From positions 10,788,001 to 10,852,000 of the forward strand of contig OZ004609.1 in NCBI GenBank assembly GCA_963924565.1: DNA of 64,000 bases, written 5' to 3'. The stretch is from Ascidiella aspersa (lineage: Eukaryota). The notes beneath the pieces are model-generated. The model was not told the DNA's origin and ran no database searches. It was given only the letters and a program-made list of their open reading frames with translations. How positions within the stretch are numbered: the stretch's first letter is position 1; each line of letters begins with the position of its first letter. A program made the translations under genes and the position numbers. Shown piece by piece: positions 47,700 through 62,640 of this stretch.

Positions 47700-49230
47700 T
47701 GCTTCTGGAGAGCATATTAATAAAGAGCTGCTTCACTGAGAAACGGCATTTTTTTTAAAAACTTGCACACTAAAGTATTAATGCAAAGGCAAACATTTCT
47801 TTACAGTTTTTCTTTACAACTGCATGCATCGCTCAAGTAGAAGCTCCACCGAAACTATATATTGTGGGTTTCCAGCATTCTCTCGTTTGCAGCGTAGAAG
47901 TTCAGACTGAAATCTTGAACCAAAATCAATTTGATATCCCCGAGTGTCATAGAGTCTTTGCTTCAGGGTTTTGTAATGCACATCCAACTCACTAACCATT
48001 TTCTCTGGGTCAGCCTTAGAGGCTTGAAAGAATGCATATTAACCTTTTCAAATTCTTGGATCACTGGAGCAACCATAATTAAATACAAGTAAGTTATGTA
48101 GTCATCACACGATATTACGTAGTAGAGTTGTGCAGCCTTGTATCTGACATCTTGAGTTTCAATTAGCTCTGCTGCTGCAAAGTATTCTTTTAAAACTTTT
48201 CAATACATTGGTAATCAACTTTCCGCGTACTAAACCACCTTGTTGCACTCATTTTCTGGAAAGGAAGAGAAGCTGAACTGCTCCCCTCAGCAGTATCCAA
48301 GGCCTTAAATAAAAAGTCTTGTACTCGTCTCTCCTAAGTGCACTCTTACTAAACTAAGATGGAATTTCAGCTAAAAGAAAGCCTAAATAAAGCTGAAGAA
48401 AGCTTTTCAAAGCCTTTCTGTACACACAGAGCAAGACTGTGGCAAATGCACTTAAACAAAACACAGCTGGGCGATTCCTTCAAAATCCTTGAAAACAACG
48501 AGTTTTGCTCTCCCACCATGTTTGCTGTTGTGCTCCATCACTTCCAAATCCGATGCAGTTCTTAAAATCCATACCAGCATCTACAAGAGTTTGTTTCAGC
48601 AAACAAAACAATGCTTCTCCTGTAGCTTTGGTGACGGGAACTAATCCAAGTAACCCAACATCAATCTTTTCAAGCTTTTCATTTAAGTAAATCACAAGAG
48701 CACACATATGTTTGTCAGAGGAAATGTCAGTAGATTCATCTCAAATCAAAGAAAAGGGCTTGTTTTTTTACATCTTCCATGAATTCTTCAAATAATGATT
48801 TGGACAAAACGTTTTGAATTATTTTGGCGCACTTCGTTCTGTGCAAGCGAATATTGGCTAAAGCACTGCCTGTGCCATGCTTTTTTACTATCTCACTTAA
48901 ATGATCCACAGTTGATACAGAACAATAATGGCAACATACCGAAGCAGCAAAGCTCCATGTCCACTTTTTTTTAACTTCCACTGAAGGTGACACGCTTTGA
49001 AATTTTATTTTTCTTGAATTGTTAGTTGCATTTTCTCTTTTCTTGTGTTCGTCTGTTTTGTGATGCTGGATGCGATGGCTGCTTTTCGTACCGCAAGCAC
49101 TTTTCTGCAAAGTTTGCAATAAGGTGCATCTCCTCCATCACTAGATTTAGAGATCCAAGGAAATTCATGAGACCATTCTGAACGAAATTTTCGTTGACCA
49201 TCATAACGTGGTTTCCATTTCCCTTGATGC
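47700..49230 (-). pseudogene. hAT (ZNF862-like) transposase remnant
   Basis: LHRTKCAKII, DESTDISSDKHMC, GFGSDGA, CHSLALC. Multiple frameshifts. Confidence 0.8.
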
Positions 49231-49273
49231 CATTATTATTCAGTAACTTCAGTCCTACACTCTACTGTTACTG

Positions 49274-49420
49274 TTAGGGTTGCCAGATTGTAAAGTAAAT
49301 CTGTGGTAGAAATTCAGAAACAGTTTTTTTACTTTCAAAAATATACCAGTTTTCCAAAATATACCAAACGAAAAAATCGCATACCAAACAGGTTTGAAAT
49401 ATACCAGTTGGCAAGCCTGT
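49274..49420. mobile_element. Small hAT-type MITE
   Basis: TAGGGTTGCCAG ... TTGGCAAGCCTG with internal AAAATATACCA repeats. Confidence 0.5.
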
Positions 49421-49484
49421 GTCTGAGCGATTATGTGGCTTTAAACAAAGAGATGTGGGTAATTGGGCCCGAACATGCCTTTGT

Positions 49485-50190
49485 TGCAATCACGTGCATC
49501 GATAGTTTTACTCGATGGCCCGAAGCTTTACCCATGATAAATGCCACAGCAAAGTCGTGTGTGCTAGAGCGTTATTGTCCGATACGGAACACCCAGTACC
49601 ATAACTTCGGATAGAGGTCGACAGTTCGAATCCAATCTCTGGGCTAGCTTTAAACCAATTGTTAGGTTCTCATCGACAGCGTACGACTTCCTACCATCTA
49701 CAATAGAACGGAATTGTTGAAAGAATGCACCGGCAACTGAAGTCAGCGTTAGAGGTCCGTCCGTCTTACAGACCCCAACTGGTTTGACCAACTTCCAACT
49801 TGGAATTAGATCAGTGCCAAAAGAAGATATTGGATGTTCGGCAGAGTTGGTGTATGGACCACATTGAAACTACCGGGAGAATTCTTTTCACCTCTAGAAG
49901 AAAATCAAGAATGTCAAGACCCGACCTCATTATTTCTTATTTACGCAATACTATGCAACATTTGCGCGTCCTATACCAACATTCTGGCATCGCAATCCCC
50001 GCAATAAGATTCCCCCACTGATTTAAAAACATTTGTTTGTCCGCAACGACGCACACAGAACATCAAAAATCGAAAAACTTTTGTGCCAACAGGTTCATGC
50101 TACCGGACTTGCCATCATCCAACACGTACACGCTATGGTCGCGTTGTAAATTTACCAATTCGTTTTCGTGTGTAATACTGGTGGGGGGTG
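49485..50190 (+). pseudogene. Degraded Gypsy integrase fragment
   Basis: ITCIDSFTRWPEALP, ITSDRGRQFESNLW, and a terminal GGGGGG PPT-like run. Confidence 0.7.
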
Positions 50191-50719
50191 CATGTCGTTT
50201 TATTATTGTCTCTTGTGCCTCGTTGTGTAGCGATGTAAGGTCACTTGAATGAACTACGTGCTGCTGAAAGGTCGTGTTTTATGTGTAGCCCAATCGTTGT
50301 ATATTTCTGTTTTAATTTTTTTGCGACTCGTTTTAAACTTTTAAGCAGTCTGCCCAACTGCTTGTCCGACTATAGAAAAATGGGTGGTAAGTAAACAAGA
50401 AAATCTGACCTGGATATTTCTTGATTAATGAACATAGAAATTTATGCTCAACATTTAATTGGGAAGTTTTTGGCAAATGCTCGCTAAGAATCCACGGGTA
50501 ATATTAAGTTTTCGTTCTAAGGCAGTAAAATGTTTTTTTAGCGATCAAACATAAATTTACGAAAATGTTCTGTATGACAAGCAAAGTCCATCTTGGTAAT
50601 ACGCAGAAAAATATGTGTAAAAATTGATCACCATATGTTTGGTTAAACTTTAATTACAAGCCAGAAACAGGGTTATTGGTGGTAGCATTTGATTTTGAAA
50701 TACCATAAAACAAAAAATT

Positions 50720-52990
50720 CACCTTGCCACTGTCCCAGATTGAAATGATATGTTTTCATTTTTATGATTGTCATCATTATATTTAAGGCTTTAAATTACC
50801 TCTCCTTTTCAATACCTCTCTGTTATGTTATTTTTTTGGTTTGGTGGCTGATCTATATTTTTGAATATCTTCGATGTTAATGGCTGCAAAAACATTAAAT
50901 TTGTCATTTATAAATCTTTACCTGTTAACTTGGAAAATTTGAGGGAAACCTACTTACTTGGATGGGAAGCCAGAAGAGTTTTTAATGTGATTTCACTCTT
51001 TGTTGCTTTGTCAAAGCTATTGTAACAGAACATGTACTTTTAAGACAAAAGATAAATAAATCAAACCAAGCACACATTTTTTAAGTAATGCTACATAAAA
51101 AAACAAGATGTTTACCACAGGCAAAAACTGCGTTTAATAATTCACCAACCCAGCAGCGCCTCTGCATAATACAGTAGCCGCGCATCATCCGTCACGTTAA
51201 CACATCAGTTCGATGTTCTGATTTCATTTCTTTCGTGATTTTATTTAAATTTCTGAGAAATGACCATAGCTTTTCCATTCCTTCAACTAAAAAGTCTTTA
51301 TTTAACTTATCTCGCAATTTTTTTTGAAATGTTATTGCATAATTTAAAGTTCATGGAACTATTAAAATATTTCCTGGTAATTTAACCAAATGACACACAC
51401 ACACACACACACACACATATAATTGACAATTCATGTTGTGGCCATAATCATGAAAAACCGGTACAACGAACTTAATAAACTAAATTTTACACTTATGTAA
51501 TCTATAACTATACCAGGAAAACTGGAATGTTGCCAAATTACTTCTGTAAGCACTATTATTATACTTACTGTAAGATTGAGCCTTCACACGACAAGCAATA
51601 TCATAAAAAAATGTTAAGGGAATCGTGGCAATTCAGCAGCTGTGTAAATTACCCATATGGAATGCCCAAATTCTAAATAAATAAAAACAGATTAGCCATT
51701 TTGCGGTTTATATATTTGCTATACTTTTCTCCAGGTCTGATCGAAAAACGGCATTGACTGACAGCTTGGTGCTTTGACCCTTATATCACTTCCAGCTTGG
51801 AAATCGCTAGTTCTTTTAACAGAACAGTGATTTAAAAATACTACTTCATTATTTAGAGAAGAAGGTTTATTCTCTTCAAGGAAAGAATTAACTTTTGGTG
51901 ATGGGGCTCCATACTGTTGTCCAGTTTGTCGACGAACTAGGCGAAAGTTGGCATCAAGTAGACATGTACCACAGTCCTCGCTCTGGAAAAGCAAATTCAC
52001 AAAATTTATTTCTTGTTGGTTTTATATTCGTTTTAATACTATTGTTGTATCATCATAAGTTGAAAAAATATCTGAAATAAACACACCATGTAACAACTTG
52101 GACAGTTTGTTGCGTTATCTAAACCTTCTAAACCAAACCCTTGGGCATGTTTTATGATTCCCTTTGTTAGAAACATATTTTTTTAACATAAGCACCCTTA
52201 AAAATTCCAAATGTTTAATAGATAAGGCCACTTTTGTTTTTTTTCAGAACCATGCCAAAGAGATTTGAACGCAGAAAAGTGTTTCAGTTTTACATAAACT
52301 TTACTTTGATAATAATTTTTATTGATTATTATATTTCCTCAATATTTTATACACATTACCTTCGGGATCAACAACCACAATTTGCCGGACATATTTGTAT
52401 CCGCAAGTATGTCCATCAGGCCTAGAAACTTTGTAAACCGGAACTTGCATTTGAAAAAACATATTTTCCTTAAATTTTACTAGTTAGTTCTAGTTTGATA
52501 AGACAATTTATTGATTTACGTTTGCATTCCAAATATCAGGCTTGTTAAAAATTATGTTTTCATGGCTTGACAACCAGCAAGGTTTACAATAAAATTGCGA
52601 GGCACCACAATCAATACAGCGAACTATCTCGTCTATACATTCAAGTGGTATATTAAATGTTAAAAAATAACTATTCTAAAAGTTAATATTGACTATACCG
52701 ACTTGAACTCGAATAATTTACTTTACGATCGAGATACTGACTTGAATATTCAACTTTAAAACCAGCAAGGTTTACAATAAAAATACAGCGAACTATCTCG
52801 TCTATGGGTTGTCCTCAAGTGGTATATTACATATTAACAAAAAATAACTATTCACTTGTATGAAGAGAAATATTCGTTTAAAATAGTTGTTTTAATATGT
52901 AACAGTTTAGCAAAAAGCAAGCAGGAACATCAGGTTTGTACATCTTTAAATGTCAACATAAAAACATTGAGCTGTTGCAACAGTTGGCTT
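50720..52990 (-). pseudogene. Intron-rich KDZ (Kyakuja/Dileera-like) transposase remnant
   Basis: LDANFRLVRR, YDIAC (~51591-51605), VPVFHDYGHNMNCQL (~51420-51470), EGMEKLWSFLR (~51255-51285), upstream Cys clusters. Confidence 0.78.
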
Positions 52991-53904
52991 TTTTTTTTCA
53001 TTGCATTTTCCTGCTTATACTTTTAGTGGTGCGTGCGTTCAGTGCCGGCACAATGCTTTGCATAACAAAAGAAACACCGCCTGGCCATCATAGTGAGGCG
53101 GGGAATTACGACTGTTTTTAACGAAAATGGAACCGGATATCAAGAAGCGTATGCAATTGCACCAAGCTCATCATCTCCTTCACACTACACTAGAGAATTA
53201 AATAAACAATCATTTGTATTTAATTCGTTTTTTTCTTTTTGTCAAGGGGGCGCTATGGGAGAATAGTCTGAGAAACACTGGTGTTTACATGATTGTATTC
53301 CATGTCCAAAATTCTGATTGTGCTCTCTTTATTTTACATTAAAATGCCTATCTACTATAAAATATTCAGCTTATAGTTGTTTGATTGGTAGCCTAGTCTA
53401 TGGAAAGCATCCAAATATGTCTTTTTTTTAATTAATATTTAAAATAAGATAACTGCTTCATGACTGACAACATTCCAAAATAACCACAACATCAAATTTG
53501 TTTAGTGTTTCAATTGATTGACAGCAAGATAAGTTATATTTCTAAAAAAGTTTCATTAAACAAATCTCTCCATCTGGATATTTTTTAGCACTAAATTGGT
53601 TGTTAAAAAGTTTAGTTTTTTATAAACTTTCACAAAACTATTCTTAAGGCTTGCATTGTCCAAGGTTCAAAAGTTAAATAAAATTTAAACAAACAAGAAT
53701 GACCTTTTGTGAACAGTAAATGTCGGCAACATCGGGCAGTTATTTCTTCATGTACATGTGGTTGTGCAATAAAGTGTTTTAATAGGTTACAAACATCACC
53801 CATTTTTTTCAACATCTGAAGAATTTTCCCCTTGAAAATGTTTCTTTCGAAGGATATTCGATACATCTGACAAAAGTCACCTTCCCGTTTTATAATTGTT
53901 GGCT

Positions 53905-54085
53905 TTTCAAGGAGGGACGGACAGAAACTTACCAGCACCCTCTTGGCCGAAGAAGGAGGAGGGACAGAAAAGGGCTTTCGGGCACTCATCAACACCCTTG
54001 GCCGAAGAAGGAGGGACAGAAAGGGGCTTCGGCCACCCACCAAGAAGAAGAGACCCTTGGCCGAAAAAGGAGGGACAGAAAGAGG
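53905..54085. repeat. Purine-rich tandem repeat, ~57-60-bp unit x3
   Basis: CTTGGCCGAA.AAGGAGG(AGG)GACAGAAA at ~53942, ~53997 and ~54056. Confidence 0.8.
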
Positions 54086-55166
54086 TCAAGTGGCGATCAC
54101 TAAACAACTAATTTTCTTTGTAAACTTTGTATTATGTTCCGACTGCCATAGTAGCTCTTAAAATACAAATTTATGTATCTTCAGTGAAACTTGAGGTCAT
54201 ATTTATTTTAATTGTTACAATGACAGACTTGTATACTGAGGAAATTCTCCAAGAGCTCCCGCTGGAAGACTATTTGCATGTTACCTGTAAATAATTTTAA
54301 ACGGTCGCCTAATAAAAAATATAAAATTTCTGAAAGTACAGCTAATGAAGTGGTGCCAAATACAACATTAACAGAGTTTGGTTTAAAGCATGTATTGAAC
54401 TGGTTACACAATTATACAATACGAAGTCACGACTTATTTCCACATGGAAGCGATTGTCAAAAATAATATAACAGTTGATAGTGTCGCAGAAACAACGTTC
54501 ACTATTACAGAAAAAGAAAATGAGGGCTAAGCCTTCCGAAGTTATTTGGAACTATCAAAAGAATGCAACAAAGCTTGGAGGGAAATTGATTTTAACTGCA
54601 TGATGGAAAACATTTTAAATAGTCTTAGATTTACCAGATTTGTTGAATGTGCTCGTGATATAAATGAACAGCCAGAATTTTATAAAATTAATGTCATATT
54701 TAGTTACTTTGTTTGTTAAAGTTTCGCATGAAAACTAATAATGCTCAGTCTTCAGGTTTACGAGAAGATTTAAAAAAATCAAATAACTCAGTTACATATT
54801 GAGGTATTTTTATGCTCCTCAGTGTGCCGGCCAAGGACGCAGTTTACTTTTTCAGATCGACAGTTGCTTATTTGTGCTTTTCCTTTTGCAGAAAATTTGG
54901 TTACTTGATTAAAAGGTCCTAAACGACGAATTAGATTTTGTTTTCTTAAAACATGGTTCGTCACATAACTTAGTCCAAGCATTTTTAGATCCAAATGTTG
55001 TGTTGCCACATGCAGCTTGCACAACATCTGGATTGGTGGACCGTCTACCTACTTGACGCTAGGACAACAAATAAGATTTTAAGTTATAAAGTTATAATAA
55101 TTTATTTAATATATTTTTAAATAATTAATTTTAGCAAAATCCAGTTGGGCCTTTGCATGTTTTTAT

Positions 55167-55235
55167 TGCTCTGTCCAGACTCGAACTGGGGTCTTTCACA
55201 AGGTGTGGAAGTGATTGCCGCTGCACCACAGAGCC
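55167..55235 (-). tRNA. tRNA-like pseudogene or SINE head, anticodon not assignable
   Basis: Acceptor GCTCTG/CAGAGC, A-box TGGTGCAGCGG, T-arm CCAG-TTCGAGT-CTGG. The anticodon arm is distorted. Confidence 0.55.
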
Positions 55236-55329
55236 GTATAATCTGTTGTTTATGCACAGGCATTAAATTGGATTAAGTTTACACAAGTAGTACTTCTCCA
55301 AGCAGATGTTCCCTACTAACTAATATAAT

Positions 55330-57480
55330 CCAATTATTTTAAACAGCACTTTCACTCACTAAATTGCCAAAGAATGCTTCCAGCAAAGCACGTCTTGCGT
55401 AAAACTGTTGAAGTACATGTATTCAAGGTCAGTTGTGGTTAATAGACGTTTTGCAAGAGAAATTAAGTTGTTGGTTGTAAAATCCAAACCCTCAATTGTT
55501 ATTTTTCTCTCTGCAAATAAATATGGTAGGATGTTCACAATTTAAAACTCACATAAATGCACCTACCTTCCATGTTAGAAGTTTGGCAAGAAAAGTGTCC
55601 CTCAACCAAACAATTCGTTCGTCATTGTAGTTCCGTATGGGCACTTTGGCTTGCAATTTATAATGTCGTACCACCTGTTTTTAATCAGTGTTATTATTCT
55701 AAAGTATAGAAACAACACCATACCGGTCGAAAAGAAGGATAAATTCTGAGGTTCCAGTGGCACCTGGTAAACCTTTTAAAGCTTATCCAACCTTCCAGCT
55801 TAGAACATCTTCTAGCCAAATTAACCTTCATCTGTATTTAAATAATAATCACTTTAAGTTTGAAGCATTAGGAATATAATGAACTCACTTCATATAGCTG
55901 ACATACATGGGTCCAAAGAATGTCTTTAAGGTCATGTTCATATACCGTGTATCACCTGATCGAGAGGACAGAAGGGAATTACGAACAGTCTGCAATAAAA
56001 TAGACATTCTTAAATTGTTTTTAATGCTTCGCCATTTGGTTTAAAAAAATAAAAACAGCACATGAATCACAGTCCAACAGGTGAATTATTTTGTATGTTT
56101 ATATGTATTCTAACCTTTATCAAGTGTGATGAATCGGAGCATAAAAATACTGGCCTTTCTGGTGCATAGGGGTTTGATGCAGTGAATGTACCATCCATAG
56201 GTACAGTTATTGATCAACTTAAAAAACTTTCTATTTATGGAGAGGCCATCTGCCACAACAGCATGCACATTAACCCCCCTGGTTTCACACTCATGAAGTA
56301 CATGCCAGTACCTCAAAGCCAACTGCTCAGCAGGGGCTGTGTGTGTGGGATATACCATGCTAGTGGGATTGACAACTCCCGCTTCACAGATCGAACATAG
56401 TACGGTATACTTTAAAAAAATTGATCGTTTAACAACATATATTTAATGTATAACCAAATAGAAACTGAACTGCACCACCATACTATACTTCCCAAGAATG
56501 TGGGTGGCAAGTATATTTTTCTTATCCCACCACCTATTTTGCCATCTTTGAGCACAAGATTTTCTTTAACTAATTTAAATAAGCATATGGAAGTCAAAAA
56601 TAGCAGAGTAAAACAATCTATCAAATGTTTTCAGTGTACTACTCATTCTTCATTTCATATAATGTTACAGAAGCTGGCGAAATCTTGCCATTGTTTTCAA
56701 TCATCACCCTTTGAATTTCTTGAATGGCAACTTCGTTGATGCCAGGTCGTGGATGATACAATTTCTAAATTAAGTACAAATTTATTAAAAATTATCAAAA
56801 ATAAAACAGTAGGCTAATTTGATTAACAAACAAATCTTAAAATATACATTTTTAAGGAAGTATACCTGTACCGCTGAATAGTCCTTGTTGATGGCAGCAT
56901 TAAAACATGGCTAGACCTTAATAGCCCATCTAATGAGGTCTGGGTGGTATCTTCTGGCATTGGGATGCACCAAGCAATTTCGTATTTGATGGTCATAAAA
57001 CATCTTTTGCCATTCATTTAATGTTGAGGCTTTCCAAATATTGACTAAAAAAGAATTAATTGTATAATAATAACTGACATCCGATAATAAAAAAACATCT
57101 AAAAGTAAAGCTACCTGGTAGTTACCACTCTCATCATCAGATATGTCTTTTTTTTTAAATAGTTCGGAAGTCTCATCCACATTGGTTAATTGATTTTCGT
57201 AGCAAGACAGATTTTCTTTCGTGGATAATAGAAAGTAAGTACTACAGTTACCAATAAATAAGTTTAACATAAAACAACATAACTCATTGAATTAACTTAC
57301 CCATTAATGTACAACAGCACGGTGAACGACCGATATATAGTTTGATGCAGAAATTTCTGTCGTCCCACTTAATAAGCAACGGATGTACATTGATGTGGCA
57401 ATTTACGCAATTTGCTTGGCCTGTCCCTTGACAAAGATGGACATTTTCCAAATAATCTACAGCAAAATATCACATAGTAT
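55330..57480 (-). pseudogene. P-element/THAP9-like transposase remnant, multi-exon
   Basis: RRYHPDLIRWA, LMLPSTRTIQRY, VHAVVADGLSINRKFFK, SDSSHLIK followed by TVRNSL. Confidence 0.78.
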
Positions 57481-59279
57481 TACCATGTCAAAAACAACTA
57501 TCAAATTTGTGTTAATGTCAATCATTTAACAACTTTGTAATAAAATTGGAAAAATTCACAACAAAAGGCTAAAAAAATGGCCATATTTAAGACAAACCAA
57601 TAATTTGTATAACATTGTTCGGAGCGTAACCAAATTCTAACTGAACCTTCTTTAAATCAACCAGCCAACCATACACAAAAATGCGACTTAGTTTTCCAGC
57701 TTCATCAACAGTTATTAATACCCATAAAATAATGATTATAAAGTAAAAAACATAATTACAAAAAACAATAACTTCAAGGGTGTTTGGCATGCGTTGTAAC
57801 ATAACTTTAGGAACGAACGCCTTAACAAGCCACTGAATAAAACTTGTTATAATACATTTGTGGGTTTTAAGCACAATGAAGGGATGTTTATTGCAAATAA
57901 ACAAACGACAAACAGTGAATGAACAGTATGCTTTTGGCATAAATGCAATTCGCTTATATAAAATATTCCAGCTGGCGGCAATTAAATTCGTGACAACACG
58001 CTTGAACACGAAAAATGAAAACAGGAAATTTCGAACGATTGACTAAACGCTTGCAACAATTTGCTGACAGTTTGACGTTACAACCGGCCAGCCTGCTTCA
58101 TCTGAATGGCCGATGTTACCGGATGGAGCAAGAAGTCAAGTGTGACAAGAATTTCTTAAGATGAACATGTACACACAGGTCAATAAGGAATTAGCATGTT
58201 AAAACATCTTTTGATGGGACTGTAAGAATTCTATATATTATAATAAAGTTTAACACATTTACTTTAAGCGTGTGTCACGTTTGTCTTATAAAGGGTTATT
58301 TCTTACATTAAGTGCGAGCTAAGGTGGCTGACTGAGCGGTGTTATCTTAACTGACCCATTAAACGAAATTAAAAAAAATATTTTAATACGAGATCCCTTC
58401 TTTTCGCTAGCACGCGTTGGAGATTATGTTGATTTGAACTACTTTGGTGTTCGGATAAATAGCCTCTTCTAACTCCTTTGTTGCCAATATGCAACACTGT
58501 TTTTGTTGGAGATTATGTCAAGTTCTGCCATACTTTCCAGGCAGACTTAGTATATTGTGTTTTATAACTCATGGCGACCAAAACCTCAGAATAATAATTT
58601 TTTTTATTTACCACACTGTTGTTTACAGTGAACAAAAATACAACCCTTGCTATCGGGTCTTGTTTATTAATAAATAAATCAAACCTCTTCACACATAAAA
58701 GTAGCCAGCAAAAAGCGATAGAGTGGCCCCAGAGTAATTCATGAAATCCTACACTTTTTGAAAAGTTTTGTAATTTGTTTTAAATGTATTTCAAAACTGG
58801 TGCTAACACAGTTGTCCTGAGACTAACACATGCTTTATCATATTATAGAATCAATATTGCCTAATTGTTCAATGCACCGACAAAAAAACTTTATGCCTTC
58901 TTTTAAGCATTTTTCCAGTTGAAACGATGTTATCAAAATTAGCCTTTTAAACCAATCAAGATTTTCCAACCGCACCCTTGAGGTAATCTTTTGCGGTCAT
59001 TAGGTTTTTTGTATTTTACAAGCAGGACCTTTTGCCAGTAGCTGTATTAAACCTGCTTGGGTTTAAAGGAAACACACTTAAAGAAAATGTTATGTTTTTT
59101 GGGCAGCAGGACCTCTCGTCAAAATGACCATATTTTACCTGCGTGGAGCAGATTTCCTTGAAACTTCTAACCAGCATGATGAATATGCGGTTCAGAAAAA
59201 TGCTAAATAAAGGGCTAGGTTTTTTTGTCAGCAGGACCTCTCGTCAAAATGACCATATTTTACCTGCTTTAAACATGCT

Positions 59280-62200
59280 TTGGTTAGAAACAAACATACT
59301 TTTTATTCAGGGGAGGCTGACCTCCATAATTAACACAGCCACTGATGACATCTGGAACATTGAAGCCATTTTGTTTCAGCGCTGTTGGCATTTCCACACA
59401 CTGGTCTTTAATCAGATTCCCGGTTAAACAGGTTCCAGCAATGGTTTGGAAGATTTCTTTTCTGTACACTTTATTATTTTGTAAAGGATCCAAATATACA
59501 AGGGATTTTTCTTTGATATTAACTACCAAATTGTTGGATGGGTTCCAAGGAATAAAAATTAATCTTTTGCCTGTTAAAGAAACGTTGCACCACAGTCGCT
59601 GCAAAGACCCCTGTGATTCCATTATTTGGGCAACCATTGATGAAGCATATATGATTGCTTTTTAAGCAGCCACAAAAAGCTATTAATAACCTCATCATAA
59701 AGCCAGCCTATTTGAAACATTTGGTCAAATGAAAGCAAAGTAGTATGCTCAGAATGGTCAACACTGGGTTCAAGTGATTTCAGTTGCACCAATGTAACTG
59801 AATGAGGCCCATTCCTAAGGAGTGTTTCATTCGGAGTCAAATTAAACTTCATCAGAGTTGATATTGCTGGCGTGAAGGATTTGTGTATGCATAATCTATT
59901 TTCATTGGACTGTTGCTGTGGTACTGGACTTTGCCTAACATCTGGCTGTATTGAAGTCACACCGTGAAGGGGCTTCATTAGTTTCGCATAACTACCATGA
60001 CGTTGAGCATATGGATTGGATTTAGGATATTTTCTGGGATGCTTATCAAAGGTTGGGGCATCAGAAACTTTTCGTTTCTTATCGTTAGCTTTCTTAGTGA
60101 TCCTTAAATCCCGCGTCTATTTACATGCAGCAGATAAATTAGAAAACACCTGCTGAAGATCTGATTCTGCTTGTAGAAAAACAATCAAAAGATACAATCA
60201 TTATGAATACCTCAGAGAAGATTTGAAATATTTTTTATATTGACTTTCCAGACGCTGATGTACCGGATTCGCAAGCATCTTCTACATCAGTTGGAGACCG
60301 GCATGATTTGACATTGGGATAAGGTGGAGTAGGACTATCATCTTTGACCACTGATGTTCTGGGTGGAACCAGTTTGGAAACAACCTATTTTTCTGGCTAT
60401 AGTATATAACCAGAAAACAACAACATATATACAGGGTGTCGTAAAAAAATGTACTGCACTTTTAAGAAATTCATATCTCAAGAACTAAGGAAGCTAGACA
60501 TATGGCACTATTCACAAAAATCGCACAACAATTTCATTGGTACAAAAATCAAAAAAAAAAATTGGCAAAGTCTCAGGTAGGAATTCTTGGTGTAAAACAC
60601 CAACTAAACCCGAAAGGGACTTGTCAGTGCGCATGTGGCACTCCTTGAGAACCCTGTTTTGCCGTTCAACACCGTTGTTTGTACAGATCAAAACTTGCAG
60701 ACTGTTCGCTCTGTACAACCACACCCATCTCTACAAAAACAACAAACATCAATTATATTCAATTTTAATGTAGATAATGTTTTATTGTATGTTTGTAGTA
60801 GTTTATTACAGTATATATGGAGGGTGGTGATAGGCCTCAAGGTCAAATATCAGCCAACCTTTTAACTCACTTTTTTTTCTGAAAGCCATATGTTGGTGAA
60901 ATATTTTTGAAACGTTCTATTGTTTAACCAAATGTCGCTATTTTTTAGGCAGCCAAGCATTCTTCAGTTGCTGCTTTTGCGACTTCCCTCATGAGAGCAA
61001 GGGCTTCCGATCTATGGGTCAGCAATTATGCCATTGGCACATTTCTTTGACCAGCGCTCCCATGCTTGTTCGCGATGAAAGTCGCAAATCAAAACGCGAC
61101 AATCTATGATTACAATTCAAGTAATAACAATTTTACATCTTTAAAATTACAAATATTTTTTGATCAGTCCTTACAAACTCTTGACTTACTTGGAAAAACC
61201 TTTCGGTCATGAAGAGTGTTGGACTCCAACTCTCTGACCATTTTTTGAGGATGGAAAGGGCCCTCTCTTCGATGTCAGATGCAGTTTTATTAAAATGAAA
61301 CTGCCAACCACAATATAGCCAACATTTGTCTTGACGCAAAGAAAAAACAAAGGTAATGCATACTTAGTTGTCTTATAAATTGCGACAAGCAAACATATGT
61401 TTTGCGCATAGCGCTGGAGAAGCCTCCTCTGCCAGGCAAACTGATGAACAAACAGAGTTTGTTCACAGTTGATGACAGGGGCATTGTTGTCATCCCCTTC
61501 AATGTCATCTTGCACAAACTGACGGAAACCTGTAATTGTAAGTTTTTTATCTTTCATACAAAAGATTTTAATTTTGTTTTTTACCAATTATATTTATTTG
61601 ATTGCAATGCTGAAAATGAAACTTAAGTTTTTTTCTAATTGGGTTCATTTTGGTTTTTGCCAAGAAACTCAAGGCTTGCTTATTTCCGGATTTATTTAAA
61701 GTAACTATTACCTGCAACATATGCTCGAAAAAAGATTTCATCACCTGGTGTGGAGGATGAATGCCAACTTTCAATCATTGCGTTTAAGTTTGATTGATCA
61801 ATTTTTTGGCAAGTTTCCGCTTGGCATAGGCCGCCTGATAGTAATGATTGCGGATGTCCCTCTTGGTTGGAAAAAATCGCCGGTTATCATGATTCGGTGG
61901 TTGTTGATTTTTAAAATGCGCGCTTTACTTCCGGGATACGGCAAATCCCCTCCTCCACCATTTGATCGATTTTTTCAACTAATTGACTGTCAAAAATTTT
62001 TTTTGTGGCCTTTAGAGTCTCTAATTCCCAAAAGTTTTTTCCCATTGATTATAACTATTGTAGGAATAAATTGAAAAATTATATATTTACTTTTACCTCT
62101 CCAATAACATGTCCGGAATGATCTTTTTCATTTGGAAACATTACTACTCCACAAGCAAATTTTTGGACGACATTTGGGTCATGACATTCAAGCTGATGCT

Positions 62201-62640
62201 TAAGTTTTAGGCTAATTAAAGCTTTTGTTTTTTCATTTAATGTTGTCTTCTGCAACGAAGTGCAAACACATTTTTTTACATTGAAACCTTTGAAATTTGA
62301 ATTTGCTTAGGTGTCCAGTACTTACTTCATCCCATATTGTGATGGTTGCAAGGCAACCCATTTTTTTGAGCCTTGAACCATTTTTTTTTCTTCGACTCAC
62401 ATCATGTTCCATCATCTTGCAAAAAAACAATAAATGCGTTTTAAATTTACCTTTTTGCTATTTACTACATTAGAGATTTACTGCAAAGATGCTGGGGGAG
62501 GTTGTGTTTTGTCCTCTTCATATTGTGTTTCTTATTTCTATCTTTAGCTTGAAGCCATTCTAATTTTAATGTCTTAACAATTATGTAAGGAGTGTTTGTG
62601 TGATCCCATCGAATTCTGTTATTTTTCAAACCTACAAAAT
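59280..62640 (-). pseudogene. Second, more degraded Mutator-like SWIM/Ulp1/PHD-family gene
   Basis: LFVHQFAWQRRLLQRY, YKTTKYALPLFFLCVKTNVGY, ICDFHREQAWERW, TNNGVERQN, GWLYDEVINSFL, IFIPWNPS. Collinear with 24089-28130. Confidence 0.82.

Noticed and set aside
53630-54161. Overlapping ORFs on both strands
   Set aside because: By-product of the purine-rich tandem repeat.
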